Assembly: GCA_950097015.1 (NCBI GenBank)
Contig: CATNEN010000008.1
Span: forward strand, 1,426,001 to 1,490,000
Direction of reading: 5' to 3'
Source of the DNA: Macrostomum hystrix
Lineage: Eukaryota > Animalia > Platyhelminthes
Length of the DNA: 64,000 nucleotides
Shown here: positions 39,560 to 49,031 of the stretch, in pieces
Position numbering within the stretch: the first letter of the stretch is position 1
Layout of the letters: the number at the start of each line of letters is the position of its first letter
Translations under genes and position numbers: made by a program
The notes under the pieces: model-generated
Database searches by the model: none
What the model was told of the DNA's origin: nothing
Seen by the model: the letters and a program-made list of their open reading frames with translations, nothing else

Positions 39560-41260
39560 CGAAATTGAAAGGAGGTCGAAATTAAATGTCTGTCGAAATT
39601 GAAAGTAGGTCGAAATTGAAAGTAGGTCGAAATTTAATGTGGGTCAAAATTAGAAGTAGGTCGAAATTGAAAGTAGGTCGAAATTAAATGTGGGTCGAAA
39701 TAAGAAGTAGGTCGAAATTGGAAGTAGGTCGCAATTTAATGTGGGTCGAAATTAGAAGTAGGTCGAAATTGAAAATAGGTCGAAATTGGAAGTAGGTCGA
39801 AATTGGAAGCAGGTCGAAATGGAAAGTAGGTCGAAATAAAATGTCGGTCGAAATCGAATGTGTGTCAAAATTAGAAGTAGGTCGAAATTGAAAGTTGGTC
39901 GAAATTGGAAGTAGGTCGAAATGGAAAGTAGGTCGAAATTAAATGTCGGTCGAAATCGAAAGTAGGTCGAAATTGAATGTGTGTCAAAATTAGAAGTAGG
40001 TCGAAATTGGAAGTAGGTCGAAATTGAATGAGTCGAAATTGGAAGTAGATCGAAATAGAAAGTAGGTCAAAATTAAATGTCGGTCGAAATCGAAAGTAGG
40101 TCGAAATTGAAAGTGGGTCGAAATTAGAAGTAGGTCGAAATTGGAAGTAGGTCAAAATTGGAAGTAGGTCGAAATTGAATGTGAGTCGAAATTGGAAGTA
40201 GATCGAAATAGAAAGTAGGTCGAAATTGGAAGTAGTTCGAAATCGAAAGTAGGTCGAAATTGAATGTGTCAAAATTAAAAGTAGGTCGAAATTGGAAGTA
40301 GGTCAAAATTGGAAGTAGGTCGAAATTGAATGTGAGTCAAAATTGGAAGTAGGTCGAAATTGGAAGTAGGTCGAAATTGAATGAGTCGAAATTGGAAGTA
40401 GATCGAAATAGAAAGTAGGTCAAAATTAAATGTCGGTCGAAATCGAAAGTAGGTCGAAATTGAATGTGGGTCAAAATTAGAAGTAGGTCGAAATTGAATG
40501 TGGGTCAAAATTAGAAGTAGGTCGAAATTGAAGGTAGGTCGAAATTAAATGTGGGTCGAAATAAGAAGTAGGTCGAAATTGGAAGTAGGTCGCAATTTAA
40601 TGTGGGTCGAAATTAGAAGTAGGTCGAAATTGAAAATAGGTCGAAATTGGAAGTAGGTCGAAATTGAAAGTAGGTCGAAATGGAAAGTAGGTCGAAATTA
40701 AATGTCGGTCGAAATCGAATGTGTGTCAAAATTAGAAGTAGGTCGAAATTGAAAGTTGGTCAAAATTGGAAGTCGGTCGAAATGGAAAGTAGGTCGAAAT
40801 TAAATGTCGGTCGAAATCGAAAGTAGGTCGAAATTGAATGTGTGTCAAAATTAGAAGTAGGTCGAAATTGGAAGTAGGTCGAAATTGAATGAGTCGAAAT
40901 TGGAAGTAGATCGAAATAGAAAGTAGGTCAAAATTAAATGTCGGTCGAAATCGAAAGTAGGTCGGAATTGAAACTGGGTCGAAATTAGAAGTAGGTCGAA
41001 ATTGGAAGTAGGTCAAAATTGGAAGTAGGTCGAAATTGAATGTGAGTCGAAATTGGAAGTAGATCGAAATAGAAAGTAGGTCGAAATTGGAAGTAGTTCG
41101 AAATCGAAAGTAGGTCGAAATTGAATGTGTCAAAATTAAAAGTAGGTCGAAATTGGAAGTAGGTCAAAATTGGAAGTAGGTCGAAATTGGAAGTAGGTCG
41201 AAATTGAATGTGAGTCGAAATTGGAAGTAGATCGAAATAGAAAGTAGGTCAAAATTTTAT
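39560..41260. repeat. Composite minisatellite built on AAGTAGGTCGAAATT(G/A), with an 861-bp internal duplication
   Basis: ORFs 39871..40272 vs 40732..41133 and 40124..40306 vs 40985..41167 are near-identical at offset 861. Confidence 0.93.
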
Positions 41261-41892
41261 GTGGATCGAAATTTAAAATTAAGCCAAAATTGAAAAGATG
41301 TCGATTGAAGCTTGATAATTGAGGAATCGTAACAGATTGAAATTGTTACGGCAATTCAAAATTATAAATCAGCAGAAATATATCGATTCGGTCTGAGTTT
41401 TGTCGAGGACTTTAAGTGTCGAAAGTAACTAAGTCATGATCGGAACGGATTGCTGGATTCTTAGAATGCTTGAGTATTCTCATTTGAGAGATTTAATAGC
41501 AGACTTGTTTGATTCGCTCGCATTCTTTGTTACTAAGGGCAACCGCTGGTCGGGGGGGAGGTGTCAAGTAGCTGCTAACTTATCAGGCAGAAATAGTTTG
41601 CACACTATCCGAGCAAGGACAATAGCGCAGAAAAGTAGACTTCTACCCAAAAATATACAGTCGCTCCCTACTTTGCTCTGCGTATTCTTTGCCGTGGTAT
41701 CATATGTAGGAATGAGATAGATAGGTGAATATATATAAAAATGGAAAGAAATGATAACACTGCAAAATAAAAGCAAACATTTTTAGTAGGCTATCCAACT
41801 CATCTAAGAAAGGACAATGAGCATTTGCCAATATAATTAGCGACGTTTATAAAGTTCATACCTCGTAGACTGCCGCTGACACATCTACACAG

Positions 41893-44286
41893 ATGGCCGA
41901 CACCCGGTATGATCAGCTGAAGCGAACCATCGAGGTGCATGATCTGGAGGGTCAGGAGGCGATCCTCCAGACCATCGTCAGCTCGGACGGCAGAGGTCTG
42001 AATTCTGACGGCGTCGAGGTTTTGTTCGAGGCGGTGGAGGACATCTCGGACCTGTCGGTGCTCAAGTTTCTATTGGAGAAGCTGGGCGGCCTGGCAGTCG
42101 GAGATGTGCGGAACGAGCTCAACTTGAGCGTCGTCCACCTGGCCGCGCTCATCCAGGACCGAGAGCTGGCCGCTGAGACAATGCAAACTCTGCGCGACGC
42201 TCTGGGTGACGACTGCTTCTCGACTGTGAGTCGGCTCAACAGCACGGCCGCCCACTTTGCCGCCAAGAATAGCAACGGTCACGAAGTGCTGAAATGGATT
42301 CTTGACAGCCTGGGCCCAGAGGCACTCACAGTAAAAGACTCACTAGGCGACACGGCCGTACACTTGGCTGCCCAGTTTCAGACAGTTGAATGCATGCGAC
42401 TGCTCCACGCCAAGCTGCCGGTTAAGATCTGGAAGACTCGCGGGTCATTGCGTCGAACCCCAGTCCACCGAGCTGCGCTCAACTGCGCTGCGAGTCAGAG
42501 CAGCGGCAGCTCTCTGCAGTGGATGCTAGACACTCTGGAACCAGATGCGTTTGAGAAGACGGACGCTGAGAATAATACGGCTATTCACCTGGCCGCTCGC
42601 TATCAGGATGCGGAGTGCATGGAGATGCTGAGAAGCCGCCTTGGCTTCAGATGCTTCCAGGTGAAGGGCTACCAGTCTCAGACTGCAGTGCACATGGCGG
42701 CCAGGAATGACAATGGGTACGCCGCTTTAGAATGGTTTGTGCAGAACCTGACGATAGAGGACCTACTGGTCAGAGATGCCAATGGGGACACTATAGTGCA
42801 CATTGCTGCCGAGTATCAAGACGCCGAGTGCATGTTGCTGCTGTCTGAAAAGCTGCCTCTCGATCATCCTGTGTGGCTTCTGGAAGGCGGCCTGAAACGC
42901 ATGCCGGCTCATCGCGCGGCTCTAAACGAAAAATCGATATCTGTTCTAAATTGGATGCTAACCAACGAGAGCATGCCGCCGTCTGCCTTCCAACTGGCAG
43001 ATGCTCAGGGTGACACGGCTGTTCACCTGGCCGCATTGGTGCAGAGCGACGAGTGCATGGAGCTGCTGGCTCAGAAACTGCCGCTTAGCAAATCCGTGTG
43101 GCAATCTGAGGGCGCCAAAGGTCGAAGTCCGATTCACTGCTTAGCTACCAACGCGATGCAGCGCGAATTCATGATAATCATTGTTAACCAGCTTGGTCCA
43201 GCCATTCTAAAAGAGGTGGACGAAGATAAGCAGACCGCCATTCACCTTGCGGCCTCCTTCCAGAGTCTTGCGGCTTTCCAGTTTCTGGTGGAGCGCTCTG
43301 GCAGGGACTCGATGACCCATAAAGACATACATGGCTGGACGCCATTGTTTATGGCGACTGCCAATGAGCGGCATGAGACGGACAAGTCCGTCTTCACTTG
43401 GATGATGGAGGAGCTCAGAGATCAAGATCAGGAATTAGATGAGGCTGACAAAGACGGAAGAACTTGCCTTCATCTGTGCGCCCGCAACAGAGCCTATGGC
43501 GCCCAGATGTTCGTTGAGTCGACGCCGCTACAGAGATTCGCTGATGCCGCCGAAGCGGTGACGGAATCGGTTGACAGGTGCGGCAGGAACCCGCTTTTCC
43601 TGGCTTGTCTGCTGAAGAACTTCAACTTTTTGAACGCCAGCTTCATTGACATTGAGCGACACTCCTGCATTGATACAGCAGGCAATTCGCTTCTGCACGC
43701 GCTGTTTCTCACCTCCGATTCGTTTCCCAATCGCGACTTTGACGCGGACGAGTTTGTGTCGGCGGTCAAGAAACTGATCGATGGGGGCATTGATCCGAAG
43801 CTGGAGAACAATGTCAAGAAGAATTGCCTGATGAGCGCCGAGTTTAGCCAGCTCAGATTATACGATGTATTGGTTAGGCTGTCTCATTTTCCCGAGCTGA
43901 GGGAAGCATTCAGTAAGCTTCAGAGAAACTCAGATGGACTGCACATCATGCACGTCTTCTCAAGTCGATACGACATTCGGTTTCTAGAAGCTCCGTTGAA
44001 GCAGCTGTTTCAACTCAGCGCAGAAAATTTACTGAACGTTCGAGTCTTGTCAGGTCCACTGAGTGGAGCAACCTGTCTGCACTTTGCGTGCGAAGCTGGA
44101 CACGAAGACAACTTGAGGTTCCTCATCGGTAAGAAGCTGTGTGATGTGAGGCTGGCTTGCGAGACTGCTTCAGGTCAGACATGCGTTGATTTCGCGTGCA
44201 ACAAAGGAAAACTCGATGTACTAACGACCGCAGCCACTGATGCTGATGTTGATCTGCGGGACATTCTACAGCTGGTTGATCCGTGA
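41893..44286 (+). CDS. TRP locus segment 1: ankyrin repeat array (797 aa)
   Basis: ~18 ANK-like repeats; ends CCG TGA overlapping the next frame. Confidence 0.88.
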   Translation: MADTRYDQLKRTIEVHDLEGQEAILQTIVSSDGRGLNSDGVEVLFEAVEDISDLSVLKFLLEKLGGLAVGDVRNELNLSVVHLAALIQDRELAAETMQTLRDALGDDCFSTVSRLNSTAAHFAAKNSNGHEVLKWILDSLGPEALTVKDSLGDTAVHLAAQFQTVECMRLLHAKLPVKIWKTRGSLRRTPVHRAALNCAASQSSGSSLQWMLDTLEPDAFEKTDAENNTAIHLAARYQDAECMEMLRSRLGFRCFQVKGYQSQTAVHMAARNDNGYAALEWFVQNLTIEDLLVRDANGDTIVHIAAEYQDAECMLLLSEKLPLDHPVWLLEGGLKRMPAHRAALNEKSISVLNWMLTNESMPPSAFQLADAQGDTAVHLAALVQSDECMELLAQKLPLSKSVWQSEGAKGRSPIHCLATNAMQREFMIIIVNQLGPAILKEVDEDKQTAIHLAASFQSLAAFQFLVERSGRDSMTHKDIHGWTPLFMATANERHETDKSVFTWMMEELRDQDQELDEADKDGRTCLHLCARNRAYGAQMFVESTPLQRFADAAEAVTESVDRCGRNPLFLACLLKNFNFLNASFIDIERHSCIDTAGNSLLHALFLTSDSFPNRDFDADEFVSAVKKLIDGGIDPKLENNVKKNCLMSAEFSQLRLYDVLVRLSHFPELREAFSKLQRNSDGLHIMHVFSSRYDIRFLEAPLKQLFQLSAENLLNVRVLSGPLSGATCLHFACEAGHEDNLRFLIGKKLCDVRLACETASGQTCVDFACNKGKLDVLTTAATDADVDLRDILQLVDP

Positions 44287-46733
44287 AGAAAGCTTTGCAG
44301 CTGCCTGACAGAACTAGTGCCAGGAATCTACTCTCTCTGTTCACTGATCCGGTCCTGAGATCGGATATCGAGAGGGACAGAGGATTGCAGACAGCCGGAG
44401 ACGAAGTTGAAGCCTCAGTAGGAGAATCAGCTGATGTAAAACTGCTGATTCGGGCGTTGGAGCTTGATTCCTCCGAGATGCTGAGAAGCCTTGTTGTGTT
44501 GGACTATATCACGGATGGCACCGATAATCGTCTTTTAAAGGCACTGCGAAAACGATACCAGGCAAATAATCAAATTCAGCAAAAGTACTTCCCGAAAATG
44601 GAAGTACTTGATTCGATTGCCTCGAAACAAGTCGAGATTTCACTGCTCGATTGTGCCATATTCTTTGACAAGGCAAGCCTGCTTTCAGATTTGATGGTTC
44701 TACCGCAGTTTGACATTATTCCTCAGACTCTGCGACTGCTAATTCATGTGACGCCGAAGATTGCGACGAGACGAGGAAGGCACGAACAGTTGAATGAAAT
44801 GAAGAAGCAAGCCCTGAATGTTCTCACTAACGTTCTGGAGCAATTATACGTCCAAGCTGACGAAGGCGAACGTCAGCTTCTGTTTCGCTACCTGACTGCA
44901 GATTTTGAAAAAAATCAAGAGCGTGGTCCGAAGTTTCAGGCCCCCTTGCGAAAGTTCATAGAAAAAGAAAAAGATCTGAAAGTTGAAGACATCAGCCAGC
45001 AATTGGAAACTCCAACCAAGGAAAGAGGCTGCTGCCCTCGCGCGAGATCGAGTGCAGCAAATGATGTGTCAGTCATGCAACTGATCGACAAGGTCGATTG
45101 CGATGAGCTCTTTGCTACGGACTGCCTGAGTCGCATGATCGACGACCAGTGGAAGAAGCCTCCACCGCTGTCCTGGCGTTCAAAGTCTTCTCGGCATTGC
45201 TGCCAAGTAGTCGACCAAAGTTGCACTGCGTGCTGCTCTACAGGCCTCCTGGCTAAACTAACGCCGTCGGTGAGGTTTCGCTTGTACACGCACATGATCT
45301 TCTTTGTGTTTTTCCTCTGCTTCTTTTCGTGGTACGTGACTGACTTTGGTCAGTCTCTCAAGTCGGAGGACTCGGCTGCACACGTGGTTGACGCCGTCAT
45401 GTGGATGTTTGCCGTCTCCTTCACGGCACAGGAACTTAACGATATGGTGAACAGGTGGGAGCGAATGGATTCCTATGTATGGGGCATGCACCTGAAGGTA
45501 CCACGCTACTTTACTGATTTGTTTAACTATTTCGATCTGGCCGCAATTGTGCTGCTATTGGTTGGCCTTACTCTCAAAATGATCAGCATAGGTGGTGACA
45601 CAGCCAGTCTGCACAATAGCCAACTTGTTTTGAGCGCGTCATTTCTGCTTTGGGGATTTCGGTCTGTGTCTCTGTTAAGCTACTTTAAAGTAACCGGGCC
45701 AAAGATATCGATGCTAAAGAGCCTTCTATTTAGTGATCTGGCTCCTTTTCTCATGCTAGTGCTAGTCTATTCGTTCGGCATCTTCTACGTCAATCTGCTC
45801 TTTCCTGCGACTCTTGCAACAGCTTCCATTGCTAGGGACTCGGAGTCGATTGCCAAGATGATATTCACCATCCCTGTATCACTGGCGTTCGGCTTTTTCG
45901 AAGGCGCGGATAGTGTAGTGTGCAACGGCTCTAAACAGACTCTGGAAGCATGTTCGGATTCCAAAGGTTACAAGGCGTACAGCGGACTGCTGATGTTCCT
46001 CTACTTGCTAATCGTGAACATTGTTATGTGGAACCTGCTGATCGCTCTGTTCAACCTCACGGTGACCTAGAATGGATACTAAAGCGGAGGTGATTTGGCG
46101 CAAGAATCTCTACGAAATGCTCGTTGAATTCTCCGAAATCAGTCCGTTTCCGCCTCCGATTTCATTTCCGCACTACTTTTGGAAGCTTGGATGTCACATA
46201 TGCCGTGCACTCAATGAGTGTCACGACACTAACAGCACAGTTCAACCCGAAGGCGTAAGTGCATGCAAACATGCTCATTGAACTTTTTATAGAATGCCAT
46301 GGCAGTTTGAATAGGTACAAATAGCTTACTAAATGTTGGGAAATCCGAGCGTATCCCTCCTTGCTTGCAGACTCAACAGTGGTGGCAGGAGCGATCCAAA
46401 TTCCGCGACTATCCCGAAGACTATAGGAAATTTCTTGTTTACCAAGCTGAGCAGCTGCGTCGATGCCGATCGCGACTGCGGCAGGGTGTCGAGAAGCACC
46501 GCGACGCCTTTGAAGCGCTGCGGGCCCACACCGAGAAAACGGTGGACGCAACACGCGAAGAGCTCTCCAAGATGATGAAACGAGAGACGCTGGACCTTAG
46601 GGAGCAAATGATGCGGCTGAGACTGGGTCAGAAGCATCAGAAGAATAATATGAGACGTCTCAACGAACAGATTAACCAACTGCAGGTGCAGGTGTCACAA
46701 GTGCTTCAAATTCTGCAGCGACCTGCTGTATGA
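41893..46733 (+). CDS. TRP cation channel: ~18 N-terminal ankyrin repeats plus TRPM-like S1-S6, TRP box and coiled coil; ~1,570 aa if the two 1-nt frameshifts (~44282, ~46067) are repaired; one intron 46255-46370
   Basis: Repeated TAVHLAA-type ANK motifs; S3 YFTDLFNYFDLAAI, S4-S5 FRSVSLLSYFKVTGPKISML...DL, S6 LYLLIVNIVMWNLLIALFN, TRP box VIWRKNLYEMLVEF...PFPPP. Phase-0 intron GGC|GTAAGT...TTGCAG|ACT. Functional versus pseudogene status unresolved. Confidence 0.85.
44283..46070 (+). CDS. TRP locus segment 2: pre-S1 region and six TM helices (595 aa)
   Basis: Hydrophobic helices with TRPM-like S3, S4-S5 linker and S6 signatures. Confidence 0.88.
   Translation: MKKALQLPDRTSARNLLSLFTDPVLRSDIERDRGLQTAGDEVEASVGESADVKLLIRALELDSSEMLRSLVVLDYITDGTDNRLLKALRKRYQANNQIQQKYFPKMEVLDSIASKQVEISLLDCAIFFDKASLLSDLMVLPQFDIIPQTLRLLIHVTPKIATRRGRHEQLNEMKKQALNVLTNVLEQLYVQADEGERQLLFRYLTADFEKNQERGPKFQAPLRKFIEKEKDLKVEDISQQLETPTKERGCCPRARSSAANDVSVMQLIDKVDCDELFATDCLSRMIDDQWKKPPPLSWRSKSSRHCCQVVDQSCTACCSTGLLAKLTPSVRFRLYTHMIFFVFFLCFFSWYVTDFGQSLKSEDSAAHVVDAVMWMFAVSFTAQELNDMVNRWERMDSYVWGMHLKVPRYFTDLFNYFDLAAIVLLLVGLTLKMISIGGDTASLHNSQLVLSASFLLWGFRSVSLLSYFKVTGPKISMLKSLLFSDLAPFLMLVLVYSFGIFYVNLLFPATLATASIARDSESIAKMIFTIPVSLAFGFFEGADSVVCNGSKQTLEACSDSKGYKAYSGLLMFLYLLIVNIVMWNLLIALFNLTVT
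46069..46254 (+). CDS. TRP locus segment 3: TRP helix/box up to the splice donor
   Basis: RMDTKAEVIWRKNLYEMLVEFSEISPFPPP; donor GTAAGT at 46255. Confidence 0.8.
46371..46733 (+). CDS. TRP locus last exon: C-terminal coiled coil
   Basis: Acceptor CCTCCTTGCTTGCAG; phase 0; heptad-like LNEQINQLQVQVSQVLQIL; TGA. Confidence 0.8.
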   Translation, partial: TQQWWQERSKFRDYPEDYRKFLVYQAEQLRRCRSRLRQGVEKHRDAFEALRAHTEKTVDATREELSKMMKRETLDLREQMMRLRLGQKHQKNNMRRLNEQINQLQVQVSQVLQILQRPAV

Positions 46734-47794
46734 CGTTGATCCCCGGCATATCGCATAAATGTCTTTTTCTAAGCAGTATTTTGTCGTCGCTGGTATAACA
46801 ATATCGCTATATGACATCAAACTTAAAAAATTGCTTACATATGATCATCAAATTTTTGTAGTTTCAATGAGCTGTGAGTACCCTGAGCCTTCTGCCTTCC
46901 GCTAAACTCACACTATAAAACACTATAGAATAGGTGTTCTAGAAAATTTCCCTTAGATCTTGTACTAATAATATTCTATTGCTTTCACAAGGAATTTCAG
47001 AAACTTCTAGCCAATTAATATGAAATACCATAATAATAAACTACTTCAAAGTATTCCTCGACTTTCGACTAATCATCGTTTACTTATCACGCCGCCAAAA
47101 ATGGGGCTCTAAGTCGAGTCTAAATCTAATCTATCCTAAAATCTAATTTCAAAGGACACTAGAAAAAACGACAGTTTAAATATTTTTAAACTGGTGCCTA
47201 AAAGGTTATCGTAAATCTCCTGCTTTGAGTTTCGTACCGACTTATAACTAATTGCTCCGCAAAAAATTAGTTCACTAACGTTTTTTTTTTATTTCATTCG
47301 TATATCCGCAGCTTATTTCGACAAATTTCCTTTCAGGCTTGCTCGTTGTTTTCCTGCGCTACATTCACTTCAATGTATATAACTTTTGACGATCGGTTTT
47401 TACCGACGTTAAACCGAAGTAAAAATGTACAAACACCGGAGTGGGGTGGCTGCTCGGGGGACGAGATTCTAATTGGGGTGTGTGTCAGAGAATTCCTATG
47501 CCGACCCCAAGCGGCCATGCTAAAAATACATTAGTAATGCTGATGACTTATCCCTCCTAGATGCCTCATAGGCAATACATTGCCGACGTAAACTTTTCCC
47601 GACGCAAACTTTTGTTAGCATGCATCTATATACGAAAATGCATTGCCGACATAAACTTTTCTCGACTCTAACTATTATTTGCATGCATCCACTCTGCATT
47701 AAAATGCCAAAGTAAATTCTCATGAAATCCATATCAAGGTAAGCTTAAACGTAGGCAACATAAGATCTTTTCTAGGTCTTTTGTCAAAAGTTTT

Positions 47795-49031
47795 TCGCCC
47801 CTGCGCCCACCGAGTGGACCGTAGCACACATCGTGCCGATCCCGAAGAAGGCCGGGACAACGCGGAAAGAATATCACCGCGGGATCTCGCTTATGTCCTG
47901 CACTGCGAACCTTTTCAACCGACTGCTTCTCAATCGCCTACTGTCGGTGCTGGACCCGTACCTCCGTTACGAGCAGAACTGGTTCCGGCCGCAGCGCGGT
48001 ACAGGGACCCAGATCCTCGCACTCCGCCGTGTCATCGAGGAGGCGCGCATCCGCCAGTCAACGCTGATCGTCGTGTTTGTCGACTTCCGCAAGGCGACTC
48101 GGTGTCGAGGCCATGCTCGGGACCACTCGTCCTTCGTGCCAACCGGGTCCCGAAGCAGCTAGGCACGAAGGAAGAAGGCTGTATAGCGACACGCGCGCTG
48201 CTGTTCTACAAGCAGCGCGGCCGGCCTGTCCGACCTGTTTGACACCTCGTCAGGAGTGCTGCAGGGCGACACCTCTTCGTGCTTCTCCTGGACTGGGTGC
48301 TTCGGACTGCGCTCCCCTCGGCTGAAGATGGCTTTGTTCAAGCTGCGCAGACGCATCGGTCGCCGCAACGATGAGAAGCGCCTCAGCGTGCTTGGCTACG
48401 CCGACGACCTTGCCCTCCTGTCCTCGACTGTCGAAGGTGCCCAGCGCCAGATTGACAGGTTGGCTGAGGTGGAATCAACCGTCGGCCTAGTGATCAACAC
48501 GCTTAAGACCGAGGTGCTGACTCGCATGGGCGGCCTACCGTTCGATCCGGGCCGTCCTCCAGTCCACAGCGCTGCCTGACCGCCAGTGGGCTCGGCTGTG
48601 GCAGGCGGTGGTCGAGACCATCCTGCTATACAACGCCGAGTCGTGGACGTTGACGGCTACGCTGGAGCGGCAGCTGGACTCAGCGCACTCGGGGCTGCTC
48701 CGTGCGACCTTTCGAGCTGACGAGAGCGTCGGGACCGAGGTTCTGTACGAGAGCCCAGCTGCAACGCCCATCCACCATCCTGCGCCAGCGGCGACTTCGA
48801 CTACCGGGCCACGTTATTCGGGCCGAGAGCTACTGCCGCCAGCCCGCCCAGGACGTCCTGCTGCTGACCCTGCATGCCCGTTCAGGCGCGGCCAGGCTCG
48901 AACCCGCCGCTAAGTCAACTGCTTGCTGAGCGACGACGGGGCGCCCGACACTGCCACCGTCGTGGGTCATGTTCACGCGCTGGCTCTGCGGCGCGCCATC
49001 TGACGCTGCCTCCCTGACTTTTAACTAAAAA
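47795..49031 (+). mobile_element. 5'-truncated, internally deleted, frameshifted non-LTR retrotransposon (RTE-like reverse transcriptase)
   Basis: RT motifs PIPKK, RGISLMS, EQNWFRP, VFVDFRKA, GVLQGD, LGYADDLALL and C-terminal LLYNAESWTL in broken frames; A-rich 3' end; possible TSD AAAAGTTTT at 47786-47794 and 49032-49040. Confidence 0.88.

Noticed and set aside
44283-44317. A 35-nt micro-intron (GTGAAG...AACTAG) that would repair frameshift 1
   Set aside because: Phase-compatible but with a weak donor, no pyrimidine tract, and far shorter than other introns here (91 nt or more). It cannot explain frameshift 2. Not fully excluded without RNA-seq.
44284-46070. Stop-codon readthrough or selenocysteine at the TRP TGA/TAG
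   Set aside because: The downstream coding sequence is in a different frame at both sites, so in-frame readthrough cannot join them.
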